DNA of 64,000 nt from Nannocystis bainbridge (GTDB lineage: Bacteria > Myxococcota_A > Polyangia > Nannocystales > Nannocystaceae), in NCBI RefSeq assembly GCF_028368995.1, contig NZ_JAQNDL010000003.1, positions 256,001-320,000 on the forward strand, given 5' to 3'. The stretch's first letter is position 1; every line of letters starts with the position of its first letter. Made by a program: the position numbers and the translations under genes. Below are positions 46,297 to 56,318 of this stretch, in pieces. The notes below the pieces were generated by a model. The model worked only from the letters and a program-made list of their open reading frames with translations. It made no database searches and was not told the origin of the DNA.

Positions 46297-47091
46297 AAGC
46301 GCATCGGACCGCTCGAGCCACGCGCCCGCCGCCAGCACCAGCGCCACCGCCAGCGGCAGCGCGATCAGCAGCGACAGCGGCCCGAGCCACGCCATCGTCG
46401 CGTCGTGCCACAGCAGGTTCGGCATCACCAGGCTCAGGGCCAGCGGGTGCCTGGCGAACGCGTCGGGCCGATACAGCAGCACGGCCGTCGGCATCGAAGT
46501 CCCGAACCACGCCGCGCACGCCACCAGCAGGCCGGCGAACGGATCGCGGATCTTCACGAACACCAGCTGCAGCGCCGCCAGCAGCACCACCACCACCGCG
46601 GTGAGGAACAGCCCGCTGCCGAACGTCCCCGCCGGCGTCACGCTGCTGCCGGCCTCGCTGTCGCTCGCGATCGCCGCCGCCATCGCCGCGGAGCTGACCA
46701 CCCCGACCGCCGCCGTCCACCCCAGCACCGGCGTCGCGCGGGCCGCCACCAGCGCCGCCGCGCGCACCGGCTTGGCCAGCAGCAGCTCGAGGCGATGCTC
46801 CTCGCGCGCCAGCAGCACCACCCCGAGCGAGCCTGCCAGGCCGACGAAGAAGGTCGGGAAGTACACCGCCATCAGGTCGTTGAGCGCCAGCACCGCGGCC
46901 ATGTCCTCGAGGGCGAAGCCCGCGCGCATGAACCCGATCGCCCGCTCCGGGAGCAGCGGCAGCAATTGGTGCGTGAACACCACGCCGCCGATCCCCACCA
47001 GCATCATGATCAGCGGCCCGCGGCGCGGCGCGAACTGCCACTCGCGGCGCACGTGGCCGCAGAAATCGAGCGTCGAAGCCACCACGGTCAC
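46294..47091 (-). CDS. ABC-2-type exporter permease
   Basis: Six hydrophobic segments, EEHRLELLLAKPV motif, GTGA overlap. Confidence 0.8.
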   Translation of the reverse strand: MTVVASTLDFCGHVRREWQFAPRRGPLIMMLVGIGGVVFTHQLLPLLPERAIGFMRAGFALEDMAAVLALNDLMAVYFPTFFVGLAGSLGVVLLAREEHRLELLLAKPVRAAALVAARATPVLGWTAAVGVVSSAAMAAAIASDSEAGSSVTPAGTFGSGLFLTAVVVVLLAALQLVFVKIRDPFAGLLVACAAWFGTSMPTAVLLYRPDAFARHPLALSLVMPNLLWHDATMAWLGPLSLLIALPLAVALVLAAGAWLERSDAL

Positions 47092-47855
47092 ACCTCCATT
47101 TTTCGCACGAGCCTCGCGCCCGCCGCGATCGTCACCGCGGTCCATGCCAGCAGCGCCAGCATCGGCGGCAGCAGCACCGCCGGGCTCAACTGCTGCAAGT
47201 TCCCCATCGCCAGCGTCCCCAGCGTCAGCGGATTGGCCAGCGTCAGCGCGTACCAGTCCGGCTGGTAGAACCCGACCAGCGCCAGCCCGACCATCACCCC
47301 GAGCAGCATCCACGCCACCAGCGCGCCCGCCCCGCGCCGGCCCACTGCCACCATCACCGTCGCCGCGAACGCGGTGGCGAACACCGCCGCGCACGCGTGC
47401 AGGCCCATCGCCGCCAGGAACGTGCCCGCGCGGAAGCCCGCGATCTGGCCGTGAAACCACGCCACCGCCGGCACCTGCGTCACCGCGTAGAGCGTCAGCA
47501 TCACCGCGCACGCCGACACCGTGCGGATCACGAAGTAGCGCCCCAGCGTCAGCGGCTTGGCCGCCAGCAGCCCCAGCACCCGCGTGTCGCGCTCGCGCAG
47601 CACCACCCCGCTGGCCAGGATCACCGGGACGAACGCGATCACCTTGTTCATCACCAGATCGATCCACACGAACATGAACAGCGCGAACGGATCCTCGTCG
47701 GCGAGCCACGCCGCGATCACCTCGCGCACGTGCGGCGGCGGCTCGGCCAGCAGCAGCGGGACCGCCAGCACCGCGTAGATCATCAGCGCCGCCGCCACGT
47801 ACGTCTTGCGCTCGCCCAGCGCCGCGCGGTAATCGAGCCATTGCAGGCGGGTCAT
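47088..47855 (-). CDS. ABC-2-type exporter permease
   Basis: Six hydrophobic segments, RERDTRVLGLLAAKPL motif, ATGA overlap. Confidence 0.82.
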   Translation of the reverse strand: MTRLQWLDYRAALGERKTYVAAALMIYAVLAVPLLLAEPPPHVREVIAAWLADEDPFALFMFVWIDLVMNKVIAFVPVILASGVVLRERDTRVLGLLAAKPLTLGRYFVIRTVSACAVMLTLYAVTQVPAVAWFHGQIAGFRAGTFLAAMGLHACAAVFATAFAATVMVAVGRRGAGALVAWMLLGVMVGLALVGFYQPDWYALTLANPLTLGTLAMGNLQQLSPAVLLPPMLALLAWTAVTIAAGARLVRKMEV

Positions 47856-48592
47856 GACGCGTGCCTCCGCACCAGCTCGAGGTAGAGCTCGTCCATCGTC
47901 GTCGCCCCGTGCTCGCGCTTCAGCGCCGCGATCTCGCCGCAGGCGATCAGCCGCGCGTGGTGCATCGCCGCGACCCGGCGGCACAGCGTCTCGACGTCTG
48001 ACAGGATGTGCGACGAGAACATCACCGTGACCCCCTGCTGCTGCGCCAGCGCGCGCAGGTGCTCGAGCAGCTCGTGGCGGCCGAGCGGGTCGAGGCCCGA
48101 GGTCGGCTCGTCGAGCAGCAGCACCCGCGGCTCGTTGATGAGCGCCTGCGCCAGCCCGACCTTCTGCGTCATCCCGGTCGAGAACCCGCGCAGCTTGCGG
48201 TCGGCCACGGCCTCGAGGCCGAAGCGCCGCAGCAGCGCCTCGCCGCGGGCCCGCGCGGTCGCCCGCGGGATGGCGAACATCGCCGCCACGTACTGCAGGA
48301 ACTCGCGCGGCGTCATGTCCGGCGGCAGCGCGTACGAGGCCGGCAAATAGCCGCACACGCGCCGCACCTCGAGCGTCGCGGCCACGACGTCGTGGCCGAG
48401 CACCGCGGCCCGCCCGCCGGTCGGCCGCGTCAATCCCAGCAACATGCGCAGCGTCGTCGTCTTGCCCGCGCCGTTGTGGCCCATGAACCCGAAGATCTCG
48501 CCCGGCTCGACGGAAAAGCTGACGCCGTCGACCGCCTGCATCGCCCCGAAGCGCTTGCCCAGCGCCTCGACCAAGATCGCACTGCCACTCAT
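47852..48592 (-). CDS. ABC transporter ATP-binding protein
   Basis: GHNGAGKTT, FSTGM, LLLDEPTSGLDP, SSH. Confidence 0.95.
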   Translation of the reverse strand: MSGSAILVEALGKRFGAMQAVDGVSFSVEPGEIFGFMGHNGAGKTTTLRMLLGLTRPTGGRAAVLGHDVVAATLEVRRVCGYLPASYALPPDMTPREFLQYVAAMFAIPRATARARGEALLRRFGLEAVADRKLRGFSTGMTQKVGLAQALINEPRVLLLDEPTSGLDPLGRHELLEHLRALAQQQGVTVMFSSHILSDVETLCRRVAAMHHARLIACGEIAALKREHGATTMDELYLELVRRHAS

Positions 48593-49254
48593 GACTGCCT
48601 CCTCGCCTGTTTGCGTCTCGTCGCCTTGACCGCGGGCCCCGGCTTCGCCGCCGACTTCGGCGGCGCGGCCAGGCCCGCGAGGAACAGCTGCACCAGCCCC
48701 TCGAGCACGCGCTCCTGCGACACGCTCACGAGCCCGCTGGTCAGCACGAGCTGCTGCGGCGCCGAGCGCAGCACGCCGAGCGCGAACGGCACCGTCTCGC
48801 GGTCGACGTCGGCGCGGATCTCCCCGAGCGCGACGCCCTCGTCGACCCAACCCCGGATTTGCTCGAGCTGCGCCCGCGCGGCCCGCCCGTCGTCCTCGTG
48901 CGAGCCGATGCCGAGCGCCCGCAATTCCGGGTCCTCGCGCATCAGCCGGCCGAACAGCGGCTCGCGGGCGTACTGGCGATAGGCGAACCGCAGCGTCTCG
49001 CCGAGCCGCTGCAGCGGCGACGCGATCGCCAGCACCTCGGCCGCGAAGCTGCGCCGGATCGCCGTGAACGTCTCGTCGACCACCGCGCGCAGCAGCGTCT
49101 CCTTGTCGGCGAACTCGAGGTAGAGCGCCCCCTTGGCGCACCGCGCCTCCTCGGCCACCGCGTCGAGCGTGGTGCCCTTGAAGCCCCGCTCGGTGAACTG
49201 CCGCTTCGCCACGTCGAGGATCCTCCGCCGCCTTGTCGGGTCGCGCGCTGCCAT
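48589..49254 (-). CDS. TetR/AcrR family regulator
   Basis: ILDVA...F.ERGF..TTLDAVA..A...KGALYLEFADKE. Confidence 0.92.
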   Translation of the reverse strand: MAARDPTRRRRILDVAKRQFTERGFKGTTLDAVAEEARCAKGALYLEFADKETLLRAVVDETFTAIRRSFAAEVLAIASPLQRLGETLRFAYRQYAREPLFGRLMREDPELRALGIGSHEDDGRAARAQLEQIRGWVDEGVALGEIRADVDRETVPFALGVLRSAPQQLVLTSGLVSVSQERVLEGLVQLFLAGLAAPPKSAAKPGPAVKATRRKQARRQS

Positions 49255-49271
49255 GAAAATCATCCTGGCTT

Positions 49272-49301
49272 AAATGACTGCCAGAGTCAAACCAGTCATT
49301 T
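49272..49301. promoter_or_regulatory. Probable TetR operator (inverted repeat)
   Basis: AAATGACTG-N12-CAGTCATTT, just upstream of tetR. Confidence 0.7.
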
Positions 49302-49405
49302 TGAGGACGTCATCATGAGCAAAATCGCCCCGCCTCGGCCCCTCCTCCCCCCATTCTCGACTCCCACCATTCGCCCGCTCCCTTTGCCCGTGCTACGTAT
49401 CGCGC

Positions 49406-49864
49406 GTGAGCACGACCGAGATCACGTTTCACATCCGGGCCCCGCGCGCGGCCGTCTATCGCGCCCTCCTCGACGCCGACGCCGTCGCCCGGTGGCGCGT
49501 CCCGCCGGGCATGACGAGCCGCGTGCACAGCTTCGAGCCGCGCGAGGGCGGCGCCTTCCGCGTCTCGCTCACCTACGACGCGGAAGGCCAGGCCGGCAAG
49601 ACCTCCGCCCATACCGACACCTATCACGGGCGCTTCGTCGAGCTCGTGCCCGGGCGGAAGATCGTCGAATCGCTCGAGTTCGAGACCACCGATCCCTCGC
49701 TGCAGGGCACGATGACGATCACCACCACCCTCACCGACGCGGGGGACGGCGGCACCGATCTGCGGGCCACCCACGCCGACCTCCCGCCCGGCGTGGCCCC
49801 GGCCGACAACGCCACCGGCTGGCGCGAATCCATGGCCCGACTGGCAGCGCTGGTCGAACCATGA
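49406..49864 (+). CDS. SRPBCC/AHSA1 domain protein
   Basis: IRAPRAAVYRALLD...W, EPREGG.F, GRFVELVP, GW. Confidence 0.9.
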   Translation: MSTTEITFHIRAPRAAVYRALLDADAVARWRVPPGMTSRVHSFEPREGGAFRVSLTYDAEGQAGKTSAHTDTYHGRFVELVPGRKIVESLEFETTDPSLQGTMTITTTLTDAGDGGTDLRATHADLPPGVAPADNATGWRESMARLAALVEP

Positions 49865-51012
49865 CCGCCCCCAGCCTCTACCGCCGGCCGCTGCCGCGCG
49901 AGCTCGTCGCCTTCGCCTCGCCCGCGGGCAGGGCCCTGTTCGACGCGGCGCGCGCGGCTGGCGGGCTCGAGTCGTTCTTCCCGCTCATTGAACAGTTCCA
50001 CACCCAGGCCGATCCGGCCTTCTGCGGCCTCGGCACCCTCGTCGTCGCCCTCAACGCCCTCGGCGTCGACCCGGGCCGGCTGTGGCGCGGACCATGGCGG
50101 TGGTTCAGCGAGGAATTGCTCGACTGTTGCAGCCCGCTCGAGCGCGTGCGCGCCGTCGGCATCACCCTCGACGAGTTCGCCTGCCTGGCCCGCTGCAACG
50201 GCGCCGCCGCCGAGGTCCACCGCCCTGATGCGTCCTCGCTCCTCGAATTCCGCGCCGCGATCGAGGCCGCCGCGCGCAGCGTCGTCGATCCGGCCCTCGT
50301 CGTCAGCTACGACCGCAGCGCGCTCGGCCAGACCGGCGCCGGCCACTTCTCGCCGATCGGCGGCTACGACCCCGCCAGCGATCACGCCCTCGTGCTCGAC
50401 GTGGCCCGCTTCAAGTACCCGCCGCACTGGGTCCCCGTGCCCGCCCTCTACGCGGCCACGCAGGCGCCCGACCCCGCGACCGGCCGCCCGCGCGGATGGG
50501 TCACCCTGCGCCGCAACGCCCGCCCGCCGAGCCTCCTGTTCACGGCCCGCTGCGTCGCCGGCGGCGGCTACGAGGCGTTCGCCGCGGCCCTCGCCGCCGT
50601 CACCACGGCCCTCGCCACCGCCTCCGCGCCCGACCTCGATTCCGTCTTGCGCGCGCTCGGCTCGGCCCTGCCCGGCCTGCCCCTCACCATCGAGCGGCGC
50701 CCGCTGGTCCTGTCCGAACAGACAGGTGAAGCCGAGGCCCTGCTGGCGGCCCTCCGCGGCCTGCCGCTGCACGCCCGCGTCGAAGCCCTCGGCCCGCCGT
50801 GGCCGGCCGACGCCGTCACCCTGCTGCTGCTCGCGCTGCCCGCCGAGGCCTGGTCCGGCCTGACCGCCGAGGCCCGCGCCGAGCTGCAGCCGCTGCTCGA
50901 CCTCGAGCGCCTGCCGCCGCCCGTGCGCATCGAAGCCGAGCACGTCTGCCGCCAGCTCGCCGACCTCGGCGCCCTGGCCCGCCGCCCGGCCTGCGGCGAC
51001 TGCTGCGAATGA
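49861..51012 (+). CDS. Phytochelatin synthase, full-length with C-terminal domain
   Basis: TQADPAFCG (catalytic Cys), GHFSPIGGY (His), LVLDVARFKYPPHWV (Asp), WRGPWRWF.E.LLDCC. Confidence 0.92.
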   Translation: MTAPSLYRRPLPRELVAFASPAGRALFDAARAAGGLESFFPLIEQFHTQADPAFCGLGTLVVALNALGVDPGRLWRGPWRWFSEELLDCCSPLERVRAVGITLDEFACLARCNGAAAEVHRPDASSLLEFRAAIEAAARSVVDPALVVSYDRSALGQTGAGHFSPIGGYDPASDHALVLDVARFKYPPHWVPVPALYAATQAPDPATGRPRGWVTLRRNARPPSLLFTARCVAGGGYEAFAAALAAVTTALATASAPDLDSVLRALGSALPGLPLTIERRPLVLSEQTGEAEALLAALRGLPLHARVEALGPPWPADAVTLLLLALPAEAWSGLTAEARAELQPLLDLERLPPPVRIEAEHVCRQLADLGALARRPACGDCCE

Positions 51013-51046
51013 TTCATGGGCCCCGGCCTGCGCTATCCTGCCGCGC

Positions 51047-52846
<1,800 letters not shown>

Positions 52847-52979
52847 CGCGCCCACGCGCGACGCGTCCGCCTGAGGGCCGGCCCGACACTCCGTTGCCTA
52901 TGCGCGCCGACTCACGCGCACGGGCGCGGACGGTGACAAGCTCGGGGCCCCGCGGCACACTGCCCCCGCGAACTCGAGC

Positions 52980-54194
52980 ATGCCCACCGTCCAGCAACTC
53001 GTGGCCGAGATCGCAGCGTTGCGCGCCGCCAACGCGTCGCTGCAGCAGGCCCACGCCGAGCAGCGCCGGCAGCTGTCGCGCACCGCCTCGCTGCTGCGCG
53101 CGCTCGCCGAGTACGCGCCGATGGTGCTGTACGCCAAGGACCTCGAGGGCCGCTTCACCCTCAGCAATCGCCTGCACGCGACGCTGCTCGGGCGCACCCC
53201 GGAGCAGGTAGTCGGCAAGCTCGAGGCGGACCTGCTCGACGGATCGGTGGCCGCGGAGATCCAGCAGGTGATGGACGAGGTGATCCGCACCGGCACGCCG
53301 AGCGTCAGCGAGTTCGAGATCCCGATCGACGACCGCGAGCGGGTGTTCCTCGAGCACATCTTCCCGCTCGGCCGCGACGACGACCCCGACGGCCACTCCG
53401 GCGGCATCGGCGGCGTCGCCATCGACGTCACCGAACGCAAGCGCGCCGAGGAGGCCGTGCGCGTGTTCGAGGCGCTGGTCCACCACTCGCCCGACGGCGT
53501 GCTGGTGCGCCCCAACACCCCGACCGCGCCGATGTTCTGCAACCCCGCGCTGCGGCGGATCCTCGCCCTCCCGCCCGACGCCACCGCCGAGGACGCGGCG
53601 TCGATGCTCCTCGACATCGTGCCCGGCACCACCGAGTTCATGCGCCTCGACGGCGCGCGCGTCGACCTCGAGCTGACCATGTTCGCGATCCCCGGCGCCG
53701 CCGGCGGACGCGGCGCCCAGGCCACCCAGGTCCGCGACGTCACCCGCCTGCGCACCGCGATCCGCGAGCGCGAGCAGCAGGACAAGGTCATCCGCCAGCA
53801 GCAGGCCGAGCTCATCGCCGAGATGTCGGCGCAGGTGCTGCCGCTGGCCCCTGGCGTGCTGATGCTGCCGCTGATCGGCACGCTCGACGAGGCGCGCTCG
53901 CTGCACGTGCGCGAGTCGGCGCTCGACGCGATCGTCCGCCACCAGACCCGCGTGATCATCCTCGACCTCACCGGCCTGCGCGCCGTCGATGCGACCCCGG
54001 CCGGTCACATCATTCAGCTGGTCGAGGCCGTCACGCTGATCGGCGCCCGCACGGTCCTCACCGGCATCCAGCCGGCCACCGCAGCCGCCCTGGTCGACCA
54101 CGGCATGCAGCTGGACGGCTCGCTCATGGTCCTGGGCACCCTGCAAGACGCCATTCAGGTCACCCTGGCGATGGCCCGCAAGCGCCGCCGCTGA
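52980..54194 (+). CDS. PAS-PAS-STAS (RsbR-like) protein
   Basis: YAKDLEGRF..N, DVTERKRAEE; STAS LPLIGTLD...ILDLTG..VD...LTGI.P. Confidence 0.88.
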   Translation: MPTVQQLVAEIAALRAANASLQQAHAEQRRQLSRTASLLRALAEYAPMVLYAKDLEGRFTLSNRLHATLLGRTPEQVVGKLEADLLDGSVAAEIQQVMDEVIRTGTPSVSEFEIPIDDRERVFLEHIFPLGRDDDPDGHSGGIGGVAIDVTERKRAEEAVRVFEALVHHSPDGVLVRPNTPTAPMFCNPALRRILALPPDATAEDAASMLLDIVPGTTEFMRLDGARVDLELTMFAIPGAAGGRGAQATQVRDVTRLRTAIREREQQDKVIRQQQAELIAEMSAQVLPLAPGVLMLPLIGTLDEARSLHVRESALDAIVRHQTRVIILDLTGLRAVDATPAGHIIQLVEAVTLIGARTVLTGIQPATAAALVDHGMQLDGSLMVLGTLQDAIQVTLAMARKRRR

Positions 54195-54250
54195 GGCGAC
54201 GCGCCGGACCTGTCCCGCGGGACATCTTTTATTTTTTCACACGGCCCGCC

Positions 54251-54667
54251 TCAGCGGGCGCACCACAGCTCGTACTCGACCAGCATGTGGTCGATCGACA
54301 GCGCCTCGACCACCCGCAGCGTGCCCGCGGTCGGCTTCGTCACCTCGCCGGCCAGGAACTCGGCGATCACCGCGAAGATGGCGTCGAACGAGGCCCGCGG
54401 GACCGCGCGCGTGAAGGTGTACTCGATGCGCACGATGTCGCCGACCCCGTAGCCGGCGCCGGCGAGGAACCCCGGCACCTGCTGAAAGATGAACCGCGTC
54501 TGCGCCACGGCGTCGCCGGGGAACTGGATCACGCCGTCGGCGTCGTGCGCCCCGATGCCCGACGCGAGGTACAGGTCGGAGACGTTCTTGAGGTTCATGC
54601 CCCAGCTGAACAGCCGGCTGAAATCGGGGCCCTTGGCGTACGGGTACGCGGTCTTTTGCAGCGCCAT
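54251..54667 (-). CDS. RidA/YjgF family protein
   Basis: LYLASG...GDAVAQT...L..AG...DIV...P...T...V.AL....LVE.E. Confidence 0.7.
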   Translation of the reverse strand: MALQKTAYPYAKGPDFSRLFSWGMNLKNVSDLYLASGIGAHDADGVIQFPGDAVAQTRFIFQQVPGFLAGAGYGVGDIVRIEYTFTRAVPRASFDAIFAVIAEFLAGEVTKPTAGTLRVVEALSIDHMLVEYELWCAR

Positions 54668-54767
54668 GAGAGTCGCGCCCGTCTTAGCAAGAACCCCGCG
54701 CCGAACCCAGTCCCCATCGGCGCCCACGACCACAAATCATCGTACCGACATCACCGCACGTCGGCGC

Positions 54768-54807
54768 CAATGACAGCTGTCCGCAGAGCTCAATGACAGC
54801 TGTCCGC
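54768..54807. promoter_or_regulatory. Direct repeat CAATGACAGCTGTCCGC x2 (23-bp period) with palindrome GACAGCTGTC, candidate operator
   Basis: Copies at 54768 and 54791 in the divergent intergenic region. Confidence 0.55.
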
Positions 54808-55169
54808 CAGCTCCCCCCGCGCGGCCGGCCGCATACTGCACAGCACGTCCTTGCATGAATCAAACGTCTCACGTATCGACGGCGGAAAATCTCATGCGCG
54901 TCCCTGTGATGATTCAGAGCCTAATGCCTATAGTGGAAGTCTCTCCGCCGACCCGTCCGATCGCGCCGCGCGCCCGCGCCCGCCGGTGCTGGCGACGCGC
55001 ACGGACCGCCGCAGCCGAGTTCGTGCAGCGCTCCACGGATTGCTCGCCACCCGGCCACCGCGGCCACGATCGGGGTCGGGCGTCCGCGCGTGACCTCCGG
55101 GACGCTGTCGCCGCCGCGCGGGGGACCCCGCTTGCAAGCGCTTGGCTCCTGGTAGTACCGTGATTCTTC

Positions 55170-56282
55170 ATGCGCGCCCTCGCCCTGACCCTCATCACGC
55201 TCGGCGTCCCTTGTCTCTCCGCGTGCAGCGACGACGGCGGCGGCGGAGGCACCAATGCCAGCGCGGGGCCGACCCTGGGCGGGCTCAGCAACCTGACCCT
55301 GCCAGGCGACACCTCGACCACCGGCGGCACCGACGGCACGGGCACGAATCCGACCACCACCACCGGCGTCACCGACGCCAACCCGAGCGAGCCCGCGACT
55401 ACCGACGACAGCGGTTCCGCGCCCAAGTTCGACATCGGCGAGGCGCCCGACGGCGGCCTGCCCCCGGTCGACACCGGCTGCAAGAAGGTCGACCTGCTGT
55501 TCGTCATCGACAACAGCGGCAGCATGGCCGACGAGCAGATCAACCTCGTCAACAGCTTCCCCGACTTCGTGTCGGAGATGCAGACCCAATTGATGAACAC
55601 CGACAGCTACCACGTCGGCGTCGTCAGCAGCGACAGCAACGTCTATAACGGCGCCGGCTGCCAGATGTACGGCGGTCTCATCAATCGCACCGGCGGCGCC
55701 AGCTCGAGCAACGCCACCTGCACCCCCTACGCCGGCGGCAAGAACTGGATGAGCGAGACCGACGACCTCGGGTCCAAGTTCGCCTGCGCCGGCCAGGTCG
55801 GCACCGGCGGCGACGGCAACGAGCAGCCGATGTACGCCATGCTGCAGGCGGTCCAGCCGCAGTTCAACGGCCCCGGCGCGTGCAACGACGGCTTCATCCG
55901 CGAGGACGCGCTGCTGGTCGTCGTGCTCATCACCGACGAGGAGGACGACCACGAGGTCCAGGCCTGCCAGCAATTGCCGCAGTCGGGCTCGCCCGGCGAA
56001 CCGGGCGATTGGTACACCGGCCTGGTCGCCGCCAAGGGCAATGTCGAGACCAACATCGTCGTCCTGTCGCTGATCGGCCCCGTCAATCCGACCTGCCCCG
56101 CGCTCGACAAGTGCAACGGCGGCATCACCGGCGCCGAGCTGTCGTCGCGCATCGTGCAATTCACCGAGATGTTCACCAACGGCTTCGTCGGCCAGATCTG
56201 CGCCCCGTCGTACAAGCAGTTCTTCTCGCAGGCGATCGGCCTCATCGACGAGGCCTGCGAGAACTTCATGCCCCCGGGCTGA
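55170..56282 (+). CDS. vWA-like (MIDAS) lipoprotein
   Basis: Lipobox LSAC, Thr stalk, VDLLFVIDNSGSM, FIREDALLVVVLITDEED. Confidence 0.85.
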   Translation: MRALALTLITLGVPCLSACSDDGGGGGTNASAGPTLGGLSNLTLPGDTSTTGGTDGTGTNPTTTTGVTDANPSEPATTDDSGSAPKFDIGEAPDGGLPPVDTGCKKVDLLFVIDNSGSMADEQINLVNSFPDFVSEMQTQLMNTDSYHVGVVSSDSNVYNGAGCQMYGGLINRTGGASSSNATCTPYAGGKNWMSETDDLGSKFACAGQVGTGGDGNEQPMYAMLQAVQPQFNGPGACNDGFIREDALLVVVLITDEEDDHEVQACQQLPQSGSPGEPGDWYTGLVAAKGNVETNIVVLSLIGPVNPTCPALDKCNGGITGAELSSRIVQFTEMFTNGFVGQICAPSYKQFFSQAIGLIDEACENFMPPG

Positions 56283-56318
56283 CGCGCGCCGCCGGGCCGC
56301 GCGTCGGCCCGACCGCGC

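Noticed and set aside
48859-49860. 717 aa ORF suggesting a long N-terminal fusion on phytochelatin synthase
   Set aside because: The upstream part overlaps tetR and the SRPBCC gene; the real start is ATG 49861, coupled to the SRPBCC stop.
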